Shown here piece after piece: positions 1 through 13,326 of a stretch of 37,601 nt of DNA. This DNA is from Octopus bimaculoides. Lineage: Eukaryota. The notes under the pieces are model-generated. The model made no database searches, was not told the DNA's origin, and was given only the letters and a program-made list of their open reading frames with translations. A program made the translations under genes and the position numbers. The stretch covers positions 35,381,964 through 35,419,564 of the forward strand of contig NC_068996.1 in NCBI RefSeq assembly GCF_001194135.2, in the 5' to 3' direction. Position 1 is the first letter of the stretch; each line of letters starts with the position of its first letter.

Positions 1-1383
1 ATATATTTAAAACCAGAAATGGCTGTGACAAAAGTACCATTCATTTTTTTTTTTTTAGGTCTTTCAATTTTTCTCAACTGATCAACAGATCAATTGAGTA
101 AACCTATCTGTAACGTACCTATAACGACTTGGAAACAGCTGTAAGCCAAATTTGCTCTAATAAAGGAAAAATATATAATGACCATTATTTATACCTTGTC
201 TGGCCCCGTGCCGTCAAAAATGTATTTTATATATAAATATGGATGGTAAATAGAATTAATACACTTGTCAATGTTATTTAGTGGTTGTCTTTTGAGATGT
301 GACGACGATCATCGTTTGTTACTGAAAGAACGCTGGTTCATATACATTCACTTACTTGTACACGCACACACATACACACATATACTCACACAGAGTTGAA
401 ACGCTCCCACTACCAGTTTGCCATCACCCCTTCCTTCTTTGTTGACCTATCACACCGTCCTTTCTCATTCATATGTTGTGACGGAGAAAAACACAAGAGT
501 ATTATTATAGTAGAAGATATATATANNNNNNNNNNNNNNNNNNNNNNNNNNNNNNNNNNNNNNNNNNNNNNNNNNNNNNNNNNNNNNNNNNNNNNNNNNN
601 NNNNNNNNNNNNNNNNNNNNNNNNNNNNNNNNNNNNNNNNNNNNNNNNNNNNNNNNNNNNNNNNNNNNNNNNNNNNNNNNNNNNNNNNNNNNNNNNNNNN
701 NNNNNNNNNNNNNNNNNNNNNNNNNNNNNNNNNNNNNNNNNNNNNNNNNNNNNNNNNNNNNNNNNNNNNNNNNNNNNNNNNNNNNNNNNNNNNNNNNNNN
801 NNNNNNNNNNNNNNNNNNNNNNNNNNNNNNNNNNNNNNNNNNNNNNNNNNNNNNNNNNNNNNNNNNNNNNNNNNNNNNNNNNNNNNNNNNNNNNNNNNNN
901 NNNNNNNNNNNNNNNNNNNNNNNNNNNNNNNNNNNNNNNNNNNNNNNNNNNNNNNNNNNNNNNNNNNNNNNNNNNNNNNNNNNNNNNNNNNNNNNNNNNN
1001 NNNNNNNNNNNNNNNNNNNNNNNNNNNNNNNNNNNNNNNNNNNNNNNNNNNNNNNNNNNNNNNNNNNNNNNNNNNNNNNNNNNNNNNNNNNNNNNNNNNN
1101 NNNNNNNNNNNNNNNNNNNNNNNNNNNNNNNNNNNNNNNNNNNNNNNNNNNNNNNNNNNNNNNNNNNNNNNNNNNNNNNNNNNNNNNNNNNNNNNNNNNN
1201 NNNNNNNNNNNNNNNNNNNNNNNNNNNNNNNNNNNNNNNNNNNNNNNNNNNNNNNNNNNNNNNNNNNNNNNNNNNNNNNNNNNNNNNNNNNNNNNNNNNN
1301 NNNNNNNNNNNNNNNNNNNNNNNNNNNNNNNNNNNNNNNNNNNNNNNNNNNNNNNNNNNNNNNNNNNNNNNNNNNNNNNNNNN

Positions 1384-1443
<60 letters not shown>

Positions 1444-1446
1444 ATA

Positions 1447-3447
1447 CAGAGATCCCTTTCTTTACGGAAGTAATTTGTTCCAAAATATCTGACCATAAAG
1501 CGAAATTCCGTAATGCAAAATTAATTTTACTCTTGGTTTTCATATTATCGAGTGAGACTGCCTTCCTACGGACTCTTACGGGGGTTGAGGGAAGCACCAG
1601 AAAATAATAGACAACAGGTAACACGATCACCTTTATACATGAAAATAGCAATTTTTAAACATGTTCGGTACAATATAGATACGTAAAAACACAGAAACAT
1701 TTCAAGAGAAATACGTTAGAGAATTAATACGAATCATAATATGGTAAGAGTACTTTATTACCGCAAAAGATGTTGACTACTGGAATGAGCGTTTCTAGGA
1801 GGATGGGGGACAATATTTTCTTACAATTTATTATCACCAACATTAGCTTGAATGGTGATGAACTTATCTAAAGTTGTTTGTTGTTTATGACGCATCATTT
1901 CTTTGTACAGCTCAGTATAGGAACTGAGTTCACTGTAAATTCCTCTTGTAATTTTTATATTACGTTCATGATTAGGATTATTATCAACAAAGACCTTGCA
2001 AACCTTCTTCTAGAAGTGCCAAACCTTCAGCAATATTTTTTGTAGCCAATTCAAGTGGCTCATCTGTACTCTCAGCTTGTTCTTTTTCTAAAAGCATCAG
2101 TTCCTCGTTAGATAAACTTCCTATCTGGGACACTAGCAACTCAGTCACACTCCCTTATAAGATTTCATATCCTACATCCTTTGCAAGTGTCACAATAGCT
2201 TTCCGAATTTGATGCAAACTTTCTGCTCGAGGAAAATTTGTAATGCCTCGGATACAGTCTAGCCATGTATTTTTTCAAGCACTTTTCAAAGTTGAAAGTT
2301 TCACTTTATCTTGACTCAGCTATATTATCCACAGCATCAATTATGTTGAATTTCTTCCAGAAGTCTCTAACTGTAGATTTATCTACCCTGTCAATTGCTT
2401 TCATAAGTTGTTTCTAAGTTCTCATATAATGTGCCTTGAAGTTAGCTATCATTCCATGGTCCATTGGCTGGAGCAAAGAAGTTGCATTCTTGGAGATATA
2501 TTCTACTCTCACCTTAGCAGAATGGTCATCTAAGTTCGCTGGGTGGTTCAGTGCATTGTCTAAAAAAAAGTAATGCTTTGTTGGAAGTATTGTATCTGGC
2601 ACTGTACCAATCTTTGAAAAGGTTCTTAGCCGTCCATGCCGCCTTATTTGAACACCAAAGATAGTTGAAACTGTGTAAACTATTGAAAACCTTTGAATTT
2701 TCGGAGTGATGCATGTGTAGGGGCTTTAATTTCATATTACCAATAGCATTTCTTCCCATAGAAAGTTCAGATGAAATTTAAAAGCTTTAAATCCTGGTGT
2801 TGCTTTTTTCTTCTCGAGAAATAAGTCCTAGCAGGCATGTGTTTCCAGAAAAGTGCAGTTTCATCGACATTGTATACTTTCTCTGGTATGCATCCTCCTT
2901 CAACAATCATTTTCTTCAACTACTCAGGATAATTAGCAGTAGCCACTGTATCAGCGCTTGCAGTGTCATCAATCATTTCTATGTTGTACAAATTCATACC
3001 CTTCTTAAACCTTTCAAACCAGCCTTTACTAACCAAAAAGGATTTTTCATTAGAAGTTTCACTTTCCTTTCTCTGCAAATTGTCATATAAACTTTTTTCT
3101 TTTTTTTCTTCTTTTTTTAACCATCATGTTTATCGGCACATTACACCAATTCTGATCTTCGATTCATACACCGTTCCATTTTAAACGTTATATTAGATCT
3201 ATGAGAAAACATGATCCGGTTAATTAGCGGAGTAGCTTGTTGAGCACTTGACATAATTTTCTCTCTGTTGCCACGTGTTCTTTCATTCTGTAGACGTTGC
3301 AAGATTTAATGTTTTGGTAGTGTAACTTTGTTTTACTTCTGCATCAAGTATTTTTAAAACTTCAAGGTTAATATACAGCGTAATCTTTTTACAGTTCCTT
3401 TTTGCGCTGCTGCCTTCAGGTCTACTTGATAACTTCTTTCCAGACAT
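1447..3447 (-). mobile_element. Tigger/pogo-like DNA transposon, near full length, degenerate
   Basis: One end reads TA|CAGAGATCCCTTTCTTTACGGAAG at 1445-1470, resembling a Tigger terminus. Transposase remnants run from an ATG at 3447 to ~1820 on the minus strand. The other TIR was not located (a SINE lies at 3507). Confidence 0.85.
1820..3447 (-). pseudogene. Tigger-family DDE_1 transposase pseudogene
   Basis: Read across frameshifts: N-terminal MSGKKLSSRPEGSSAKRNCKKITLYINLEVLK (CENP-B-like HTH), FLVSKGWFERFKK (HTH_Tnp_Tc5-like), SNKAAW and FFLDNALNHP...KNATSLLQPMDHGMIANFKAHY (DDE_1), and a C-terminal tail ending QTLDKF. Contains multiple stops. Confidence 0.9.
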
Positions 3448-3506
3448 CTTAAATCGAAGGCAAATCCAACAGTAGCGGCCATTAATTATCCACAACAAAT
3501 ATGTAA

Positions 3507-3732
3507 TGGTTTCAAATTTTGTCACAAGGCCAGCAATATCTGGGGATGGTGGTGGTGGGAGTAAGTCGATTACAGCGATCCCAGTGCTCAACTGGTAATT
3601 ATTTTATCGACCCCGAAAGGATCAAAGGCAAAGACGACTTCGGCGGAATTTGAACTCAGAACCTAAAAACGGACGAAATGCCGCTAAGCATTTTGCCCGA
3701 CGTGTATAATAATTTCCCCAGTTCGCCGCCTT
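3507..3732 (-). mobile_element. tRNA-derived SINE, family A (octopus OR/CORE-like)
   Basis: The minus strand gives a tRNA-like head AAGGCGGCGAAC... with B-box GAGTTCAAATTCC and central TTTGCCTTTGATCCTTTCGGGGTCGATAAAAT. The same sequence recurs six more times in the window. Confidence 0.85.
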
Positions 3733-3941
3733 AACCACAAGATAAGATAAGAAAATTGGCCCAGGAACGATCTGATTTGTGAGAGGGGAAAATTGCTTTA
3801 TTCCTATTGCTGTAATAACGAAAACGAGATGAAAAGGTGAATGACTGAGGAAGTGAAAGAACAATATGATTACTGTTAGCTGAAGGTTCACCAGATGATA
3901 TGGACAATTCGCCCCTTGCTCTTATGACTTAAGATATAAAT

Positions 3942-4057
<116 letters not shown>

Positions 4058-4265
4058 GCGCATGCACACTCCTGCATACACACGTTCTGGCTTACATGTT
4101 GATATCTGTTGCAGCCAGTTGAATGCAAAAGTTGGTGGGTTGATAGTGAGGGTGATGTGGGTTGCATTGGTTTGGATGTTAGTGACGGTGGGCAGGTAAT
4201 ATTAGTGTTGTAGTAGTTATATTGTGCTACGTGCATGTACACACACACACACACATACATATATT

Positions 4266-4322
<57 letters not shown>

Positions 4323-5694
4323 CAAAGGTAGAACAGAAAAAACACAACATGCAGAAAAAAGAGCGATAGCAAACAGGACAAAACAAGATACACGGATCAT
4401 TCACAGCCAATTGCCCTTTCAGTCATACATATGCGTGTGTTATATATACATAGGTAATATATATACATATCTATAATATATATAATATAATATATGATAT
4501 AACATAATATAATATAATATTATTATACATATATATATATATATTAAAGTTAGATGAGGCCGGCATGCTTCTTTTTTCGGATTTATGTTTACGGACGATA
4601 TATATATACAATTGCAATGGTTTCGATCGGAAACCGAAACTTCTATTGTGGGCGGGAAATTAGATGAATTGTTTTAAAAAAAAAAAATTGCACTCAAGTT
4701 TACTTATTCTGTTTCCTGCTTCCTTCCTAACACACTTGTCAAGAATTGGTAAACTTACGGAAAACCCCGCTTCTTCAGTGCGGTTTCGATTTTCGTTTGA
4801 GCGAATTCATTTAGGTCTTTCCTCTTCTTAGAATTCTCGTAAAATGTGACACAAGCGAGAAACTAGCCTAGTTCTCAGCCATGTGACAGATACTTTTGTT
4901 TTATCTTTGCTTGCAATTTACCTCTCCAAATACCTTTATAACTGAACGATTTAAATAAATTATTTAAGATAATTATAAAGTAAGGACCTATTTATTTATC
5001 TAATTTTTTTAAGAATCAAATATAAACCACAAAATGTCAAAGATTCTATCAATTTAATAGTGTTGGAAATTAACGATTAGAGCAAATATATATATATATA
5101 TCGAAGAGATTTACGTCCCGCTATTAATACGCCTACAACTATCGTATCACCAACACCAACACCATCATCATCTTCTTTATCACCTTCCCTCAGAACTGGC
5201 GGGAATTCATCAACAGTAGTTTCTGTAAGGAGCGAAATGCGTCTCCCATAAACAACAGGAGGTTAGTGAAATGAAAGAGGGAGAGAGAGAGGAATTGTTA
5301 TAGGTTTCTTTCTGATCCTAAGGGTTCTAATAAGATGGAAACAAACAAGAACGGGGATACAAAAGCAGTTTTATATTTCTCTGAGATTTTACCTATTTTT
5401 AAAGTACATTACCGTTTGTCTTCGGTGGGAATTATTGTTGAGGATTTTAAAAAAAAGGGAGAGAAAAGAATTGGTGGTAAGGAATGTTGGAAGGTGTGTG
5501 GAAATATGAAAGACCGAGACAGCGTACTAAAGGTAAAGATACATATGTGTAAGAGATTTGAGCGTAAGGGAAATAGTTGAGAGAAAGAGAGTTTATATAG
5601 ATAAAGAGAGTTTATACAGATAAGCGAGAGATACATAGTAAACATGTAGACAAGCAGACAAAATATACAGACAGGTAGCTAGTTTGATAGAAAG

Positions 5695-5716
5695 ACAGAC
5701 AGACACACAGACGGGT

Positions 5717-5752
<36 letters not shown>

Positions 5753-5823
5753 GGATGGATGGATGGATGGATGGATGGATGGATGGATGGATGGATGGAT
5801 AGAGAGAGAGAGAGAGGGGGAGG

Positions 5824-5870
<47 letters not shown>
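5695..5870. repeat. Compound microsatellite (GACA)/(GATA)/(GGAT)/(GA)
   Basis: Direct reading of the sequence. Confidence 0.95.
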
Positions 5871-5872
<2 letters not shown>

Positions 5873-6422
5873 GAAAGAAGGTAAAAAGGGAAGTGGATCA
5901 ATCAAGAAAAAAATTTAAAGGAAGAACCTGTATTATTTAAATGAAAATGAAGATCACATGGAAACATCACATGGAATTAAAAAAAAGGATTTTTGGAAAA
6001 TAAAAGAGGAATACAAATTCCTGTGAATAGGGATGTATTTTGTTTCCTTCGATGTGTAACGTATACAAACATACACACATATATATATATTCACATAAAT
6101 ATACAACAAAATATACCATATTTAAATACCTTTCAGGTGGTTGCCTCTTGGAAACACGCTGAGAGATTTCTGAGACACCAGTTTCCATTCAAAGCGGTTC
6201 CAGTTTACTCCTCGCTTTCTCCCTCTTTCTTTCTACCTTTCTTTCTCTCTTCCTCTCTCTTTCTCTTTCTTTCTTTTCTCCTCTCTCTCTCTCTCTCTCT
6301 CTTTCTCATATGCAAAACGCGAGGCGCTTTACAATGCTGGGCGCGTGTTTCCCACCTTACTGCAGTAGCAGCAACAGTAGTATTGAACATCGCGCATCGA
6401 TCTGTCATATCTTCCTGTGCAG

Positions 6423-6488
6423 TCGCAGAACTTGGAAACTTTGGACATGGTACAGTATGTCATTCTAGACTCCATGATTCCATCCCAG
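6423..6488 (+). CDS. Possible internal 66-nt exon (SQNLETLDMVQYVILDSMIPSQ), product unknown
   Basis: Acceptor tcttcctgtgcag| and donor CAG|gtgatt bound 22 open codons (phase 0/0) in non-repetitive sequence. I recognise no homolog. Confidence 0.2.
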
Positions 6489-7789
6489 GTGATTCAGTGG
6501 GAGAAACGGAATTGATTTGTCCGTCGTTTTTTTCTATGTATTTGAGTTATATATATGCATACATACATATATATAATATATATATATATATATATANNNN
6601 NNNNNNNNNNNNNNNNNNNNNNNNNNNNNNNNNNNNNNNNNNNNNNNNNNNNNNNNNNNNNNNNNNNNNNNNNNNNNNNNNNNNNNNNNNNNNNNNNNNN
6701 NNNNNNNNNNNNNNNNNNNNNNNNNNNNNNNNNNNNNNNNNNNNNNNNNNNNNNNNNNNNNNNNNNNNNNNNNNNNNNNNNNNNNNNNNNNNNNNNNNNN
6801 NNNNNNNNNNNNNNNNNNNNNNNNNNNNNNNNNNNNNNNNNNNNNNNNNNNNNNNNNNNNNNNNNNNNNNNNNNNNNNNNNNNNNNNNNNNNNNNNNNNN
6901 NNNNNNNNNNNNNNNNNNNNNNNNNNNNNNNNNNNNNNNNNNNNNNNNNNNNNNNNNNNNNNNNNNNNNNNNNNNNNNNNNNNNNNNNNNNNNNNNNNNN
7001 NNNNNNNNNNNNNNNNNNNNNNNNNNNNNNNNNNNNNNNNNNNNNNNNNNNNNNNNNNNNNNNNNNNNNNNNNNNNNNNNNNNNNNNNNNNNNNNNNNNN
7101 NNNNNNNNNNNNNNNNNNNNNNNNNNNNNNNNNNNNNNNNNNNNNNNNNNNNNNNNNNNNNNNNNNNNNNNNNNNNNNNNNNNNNNNNNNNNNNNNNNNN
7201 NNNNNNNNNNNNNNNNNNNNNNNNNNNNNNNNNNNNNNNNNNNNNNNNNNNNNNNNNNNNNNNNNNNNNNNNNNNNNNNNNNNNNNNNNNNNNNNNNNNN
7301 NNNNNNNNNNNNNNNNNNNNNNNNNNNNNNNNNNNNNNNNNNNNNNNNNNNNNNNNNNNNNNNNNNNNNNNNNNNNNNNNNNNNNNNNNNNNNNNNNNNN
7401 NNNNNNNNNNNNNATATATACATACACACATACATACATACATACACACACACATATATATATATAGGTATGCATAACACGCGCGCAATCTATCCACGTA
7501 CTCATAACTACTACTACAACATCACGACTACCACCGCCACCGCCACTACCAACAACAATCACACAATCACCACCACGTTACCCACCACCACAACCACCAC
7601 GATTACCACCACCAACTCCACTCCCGCGCCCAGCCCCATCCCATCACTACTACAAGCCCTATACCCACCATCACATTCACCAACCCTAACCATTGCGGCC
7701 ACCCTTACCATCACCATCACCATTACCACTACCATCACCTCCACCACTTCAGATTAACTGGGATAGAATTTCTGTTTCCTTATCTTTTA

Positions 7790-8045
7790 TCTTTTTCCAT
7801 TTGTTTCAGTTATTGGACTTTGGCCATACTGGCGCATCACCTTGAAGCGTTAGGTCGAACAAATTGATTCCAGTACTACCTATTCTGCCGGTCTCATTAC
7901 GGGGACGTCTACAAACCAACACCGGTTGTCAAGCGGCAATCGAGGACAAACACACACACACACACTTGTTTACGACCTGCTTCTGCCAAATCCATTCACA
8001 TAACATTTGTCGGCCCGAGACTATAGTAGAAAAACTTCCACAAGA
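7790..8045 (-). mobile_element. SINE family C, 3' part
   Basis: Reverse complement of the family C body and tail (CCGCTTGACAACCGGTGTTGG; CCAGTATGGCCAAAGTCCAATAACTGAAAC), matching the copy at 19084-22185. Confidence 0.7.
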
Positions 8046-8214
8046 TATATTTTGTAGGGTCTTCTCTGTTTTCGAGGTTAGTATATCATTTACCTTGTCT
8101 CGCAGTCAAGAATCCGAAGAAGTTGGGAGGAAGAACCGGTGAGGCTTGCAATAAGGTTGAAAATCCGGCTGAAAATATTTGTACCTTGACGCTCACCCAT
8201 TCTCGGACCAGAGA

Positions 8215-8726
8215 ATTTAGTAACACGCCATCGTAATCGCACACACTCAATCAATAACTTTGGTGTGGTGCTTGTATCGTTTTCCGAGGTGTTATGGCTC
8301 ATTTTCTAATATTCCTCGTTACCATCGTAACGATAATGGGCTATTATCCTACTATCTTGTCTTAGTTACCTCTTAAAGATACTTACCTTGGTATATTAAA
8401 ACACAAACAATACCTTTATGGGGTCTCTGTATGTTTTTTCTTGGTATTATGGCTAAAATATGAAATGCGATATACCGTTTCATAGTACCGGTATATTCTA
8501 CAAAATGAGAAAGATGCAGACATTGTTTCATTTTTCAGATGTATACCTAAATAAATAATTTTTACATAGTAAAATGATTAGAGGAGGTCTTCACGGTCAT
8601 TTTAAGACCAAAACCAGCTCCTAACCTCATTCCTGGCTGAAATGTTACATTCTGAAAGTCGCGAAACTTTGATTGTGTTTTTCTCCGTTTTTAAGTTGTG
8701 GCGCCTACGATGGTCAGTTACTAAAT
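8215..8726. mobile_element. Putative MITE with 21-bp imperfect TIRs
   Basis: ATTTAGTAACACGCCATCGTA (8215-8235) versus TACGATGGTCAGTTACTAAAT (8706-8726) gives an 18/21 inverted match around an AT-rich non-coding interior. No TSD seen. Confidence 0.4.
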
Positions 8727-8918
8727 GCCTCATATGTCCCTTGGTTACATGGCATTTGGGGAGGTCAAAGTTAGACAAACTGAATACTTTCACTGTAACT
8801 GTTCCCACCATTTACCACCATTTCTTCTTTGATAATCGTGTTCGGGTTGCTGGAACTAGAGTTGGCCGTCTACGTGCAGGAGATCCTCAGATTATCTTAG
8901 TACATGCTGACTTTTAAA

Positions 8919-9700
8919 ATGCCATATACTCACTATCGCAGATGCATGATAAATTTCTATAAAGACGCCAGAACATAACGGGTTGCATTCTGGATATCTT
9001 TTTTATGGAAATTTCAACGGAAAAAAATGGGCAATCAATTTCATTGAATGTGTGAAAGATCACCATATTGTGAGATGATACGTAGAGGGAAGGCTTCAGA
9101 CAGGTACTAAAACAACTGCACAGCTGCTTGGACATCCTCAACAACATGTGGACATCAGTGCTGTCCAGTATCGCTTCTATGAGAATGGATTAGCAAACAA
9201 CCATTCTCTATAAAGTGAAGTTCTAATTGAAAGACATCGGTTTGCTAGATTATTGTGGGTACAACCCAGAATGAACTGGCGTTAGGCAGTAACGTGGATG
9301 ATCGGTGTCGACGAGGTAAACAGCTTAATGATGTCTAAGTGACAGAGATAAATTCTATGGAAAAGTGTAAATGTAATAATTGGTGCAAGATTGAATTAAA
9401 TCAACCAATCTCGGGCCAATCCTCTTCGAGAACATTTGTTTGATCGTGGATGCTACTTAAGTGTTCAGGGAAACATCGAACCAAATATTGTAGCAGCATG
9501 TTCTGCCTTCCGTTATACTTTATCTCGACTTCAATGTCATTAGGATAAAACAAGATTCCGCGCATATCGAGAGAACTACTCAAAAGTTCCGACAGCAAAG
9601 AAACGCTAACGTCCTGGACGACAATCACTTCAGTTCTGAGATTACTTCGTCAATTCTTACGATTAACACTCTAGTAACTTCATCGTTCAATGAAGCAAGT
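8919..9700 (+). pseudogene. Degenerate Tc1-family transposase
   Basis: Manual translation gives DHHIVR*YVEGRLQTGTKTT...ISAVQYRFYENGL...VLIERHRFARLLWVQPRMNW (Tc1/Tc3 HTH region) and QIL*QHVLP...QDSAHIERTTQKFRQQRNANVLD (second-Asp region). Contains many stops and frameshifts. Confidence 0.7.
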
Positions 9701-9836
9701 ATGGTAAATATCCTCAGGTCCAGAAGAAACTGTCTGATTTTATCCATAAACAAAAGCTGAAATGTAAATACTGAAGTTTGTTAGGTACCAAGTCACAAGA
9801 TCATGTGCCAAGTAAGTTTTCTAAAATCGTTACAAA

Positions 9837-9872
<36 letters not shown>

Positions 9873-10974
9873 NNNNNNNNNNNNNNNNNNNNNNNNNNNN
9901 NNNNNNNNNNNNNNNNNNNNNNNNNNNNNNNNNNNNNNNNNNNNNNNNNNNNNNNNNNNNNNNNNNNNNNNNNNNNNNNNNNNNNNNNNNNNNNNNNNNN
10001 NNNNNNNNNNNNNNNNNNNNNNNNNNNNNNNNNNNNNNNNNNNNNNNNNNNNNNNNNNNNNNNNNNNNNNNNNNNNNNNNNNNNNNNNNNNNNNNNNNNN
10101 NNNNNNNNNNNNNNNNNNNNNNNNNNNNNNNNNNNNNNNNNNNNNNNNNNNNNNNNNNNNNNNNNNNNNNNNNNNNNNNNNNNNNNNNNNNNNNNNNNNN
10201 NNNNNNNNNNNNNNNNNNNNNNNNNNNNNNNNNNNNNNNNNNNNNNNNNNNNNNNNNNNNNNNNNNNNNNNNNNNNNNNNNNNNNNNNNNNNNNNNNNNN
10301 NNNNNNNNNNNNNNNNNNNNNNNNNNNNNNNNNNNNNNNNNNNNNNNNNNNNNNNNNNNNNNNNNNNNNNNNNNNNNNNNNNNNNNNNNNNNNNNNNNNN
10401 NNNNNNNNNNNNNNNNNNNNNNNNNNNNNNNNNNNNNNNNNNNNNNNNNNNNNNNNNNNNNNNNNNNNNNNNNNNNNNNNNNNNNNNNNNNNNNNNNNNN
10501 NNNNNNNNNNNNNNNNNNNNNNNNNNNNNNNNNNNNNNNNNNNNNNNNNNNNNNNNNNNNNNNNNNNNNNNNNNNNNNNNNNNNNNNNNNNNNNNNNNNN
10601 NNNNNNNNNNNNNNNNNNNNNNNNNNNNNNNNNNNNNNNNNNNNNNNNNNNNNNNNNNNNNNNNNNNNNNNNNNNNNNNNNNNNNNNNNNNNNNNNNNNN
10701 NNNNNNNNNNNATATATATATATATATATATATACTAGTAGTAATACTCGTCGTTGATTGGGTAATTACTTTTACTCTTTCTCGGGAGCCACATTAAAAG
10801 TGTTATTATATATAGATTTACTTCTCCTGTGTGTCTTTATAAGAATAGACATTTAATAATTGAAGTAGGAAAAAGATCAATTTCATATACGCACTTCTGT
10901 TTGTTTATTATATGACATTGATAAGTGAGTTGTATGTGTTATATTATATATCAATACAGTAATGGCAATTATAT

Positions 10975-11097
10975 AATACACAAGGCTTTCGTCGGCACGG
11001 AGCTGTAATGAAAGAGGATTGCCCAACGTGCCGCACAGTGTGACTGAACCCAAGGCGACATGGTTGGAAAGCAAGCTTCTCAACCACAAAGCCACGC
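10975..11097 (-). mobile_element. SINE family C, head fragment
   Basis: The minus strand reads GCGTGGCTTTGTGGTTGAGAAGCTTGCTTTCCAACCATGTCGCCTTGGGTTCAGTCAC, a tRNA-like head similar to 19084-19150. Confidence 0.75.
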
Positions 11098-11236
11098 GTA
11101 TAAAGGAGAGATACATTTTGGATAATATACTCCTTGGTACAATATGCTTAACAAAAGGATGGAATGCTTACGGCGAGAAGACCTTTGATTTAAATATTTA
11201 CTCGAGCGACGCAACAACTAACAACGCTACACCGTA

Positions 11237-11699
11237 CAGGGTGTTCCAGAATTAACTATCTGTTTCTATGAAATTGAGAAAATTTTTTTTTAAACTGACA
11301 GAATTTTATGTTTATTACCAAAATAAATAGATTTATAATTCTTACGCCAAACTTTTATTGAAAATTTTCAACATGTCTGTATCCCTGCATACTTCAAATC
11401 TCTTTTTAGCGTTGTGAAACACATTTTGAAGCATTTCGGGAGTTAGGTCTTGCACTGCTAACTGAATGTATTCCTTAAGCTCAGCTAAAAGATTGCTCCA
11501 TCTTGGGGGTGGAGGTAAAGAAAATGATTGCTGCCAAATTGACAAATAAGAGAGGTCGAACAGGAATGAAAATAAAATCATAAACAAAATTTAAAATTTA
11601 TATACTTTTAACACATTAAACATGATAAACAAATAAAAGTGAGTTTTTAAAAAATGCATCCGATTTCACTCAAATCATCATTAATTCTGGGACACCCTG
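11237..11699 (-). mobile_element. Internally deleted Tc1/mariner element (463 bp)
   Basis: TIRs CAGGGTGTTCCAGAATTAA and TTAATTCTGGGACACCCTG are each flanked by a TA TSD. The interior keeps a transposase C-terminus ELKEYIQLAVQDLTPEMLQNVFHNAKKRFEVC. Confidence 0.9.
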
Positions 11700-13199
11700 T
11701 ATTTACTCGTCCGACTAAACGGGGGAGGAAACACAGGGAGTGAGAACTAAATGCAGGTGGCGAGTGTAGCTTCCGGAAGTGGTCATGCGGTCAAGCTCGA
11801 ATGGCTGTAAGTCATAACAGTTGGCAGTTTGTTTTTTTGTATGAACATTTTGCATTATATAGTTCAGACATGAATTACATAGAAAGAAGACACGCTGCCG
11901 GGATTCTGCGTTGCACAGGATTGGAAACGTGAAACATCAATAGGGCACTTCTGGAGAATGGATGAATGGGTTTGTTGTGCCTTTATCCAGCCGCACACAC
12001 ACGCACATGGCCCGGTGGTGCGTGGGATGGAAACATGAAGTATCAACAGGGCGCCAACAAAAATTTTAATGTTCTTCTCATTTCCTCTGCTAATTTGGAC
12101 AAAAAGGCTTTCATGAAATATTGCACGCTACTTGTAATGCATAAGTAGTGTCGATATTTAATCGTCGCAAAATGGCCTAAAACAAAGGTAAGCCCAATGC
12201 AGTATACTCAAATCTGATTAGCCTACATTTTGGGGGAGCCCATTGTCGGCGTCGGAAATTTCTTTTAATCAACAGCAATTCGGGGAGCCTGGTTAACGTT
12301 TATTGCCAATTTAGAGGTAAGCGACTGGATACTCTTCAAGTTACGGGCCTTAATGCTGCGAAGATGCTTAAAAAATGTGGTTTATCTGCCCCTGGGCCCG
12401 TATTAAGCAAAAAGTTGAATTTTTTTTTACCCATGACACCCCATGGACCCTATGTAATGCATATATNNNNNNNNNNNNNNNNNNNNNNNNNNNATATATA
12501 TATATATATATATATAATGTCAAAGTTCAACAAGGCCAGGCTTTGAATTACAGGTATAATCTATTCAACAGTTTCTGTCAACCCTATTTCATTCACAAGA
12601 TTTCGATCGAGCCGAAACTATGGTGAGTAATAACTTTCCAGAAACCATACAGTGGTATCGACCATATTAACTCATGATTGTGAATCGAACTTCTTAATCA
12701 TACGACCATGATGCATACACGCGCGCGCGTGGACACATGCGTGTGTACGTACATATTCATACATAGTCACATGTACATATGTACATAGTTGTGTATACAC
12801 AAAAAAAAGGGAGAGCATTAGTTAGGGTTGTTGAGAGAAGAGAAAAGATGAAGACACTGAACGTGATCTCAGTTGGCTATGAGAAACAGAGGCATTCATA
12901 AATATAGATGTCCTCAACATGAGCGGTCCTACTGCCAAGGAGGACGCTGTGGGCTTCAGGGAGCAGTAAAGTAACATAATTAACTTACTAAATTTTACCT
13001 TTAATAGAAATTATATTATAGATGGTAAAACTAGTAATGGTTATTAAAATAAAATAAAACGACTTGCAATGTATAAAGTAAATTTACAACTTTTGTCGTT
13101 ATTAATTTTTTTATCATTTCACAATCCGTTTAGAGAGAAAAATTTATAAATCATCATCCATGTTAAGTTAGTTTCGTCAAAATACCTCACTAGCCATAA

Positions 13200-13326
13200 C
13201 TATGTGTATGCTAGGCATAACAATTACTCAAAGGGTGGGGGCCACTAGGCATAACAATTCCTTAAGAATGGGGCGCAACAAAAAAAGTGGTGGGNNNNNN
13301 NNNNGGGGGGGGGTCAAGAACCACTG
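13200..13326. mobile_element. hAT (Charlie-like) terminal fragment
   Basis: GGGGTCAAGAACCACTG resembles the reverse complement of CAGTGGTTCT-type hAT termini. Only one end is visible, next to a 10-N gap. Confidence 0.35.

Noticed and set aside
7500-7750. Thr/His-rich mucin-like translation (also 15970-16100 and 28850-29130)
   Set aside because: Degenerate (ACC/GGT)n trinucleotide low-complexity DNA with no gene context.
8090-8917. Two ORFs sharing an LRWxVTK peptide
   Set aside because: The shared peptide is simply the translation of the 21-bp inverted repeats.
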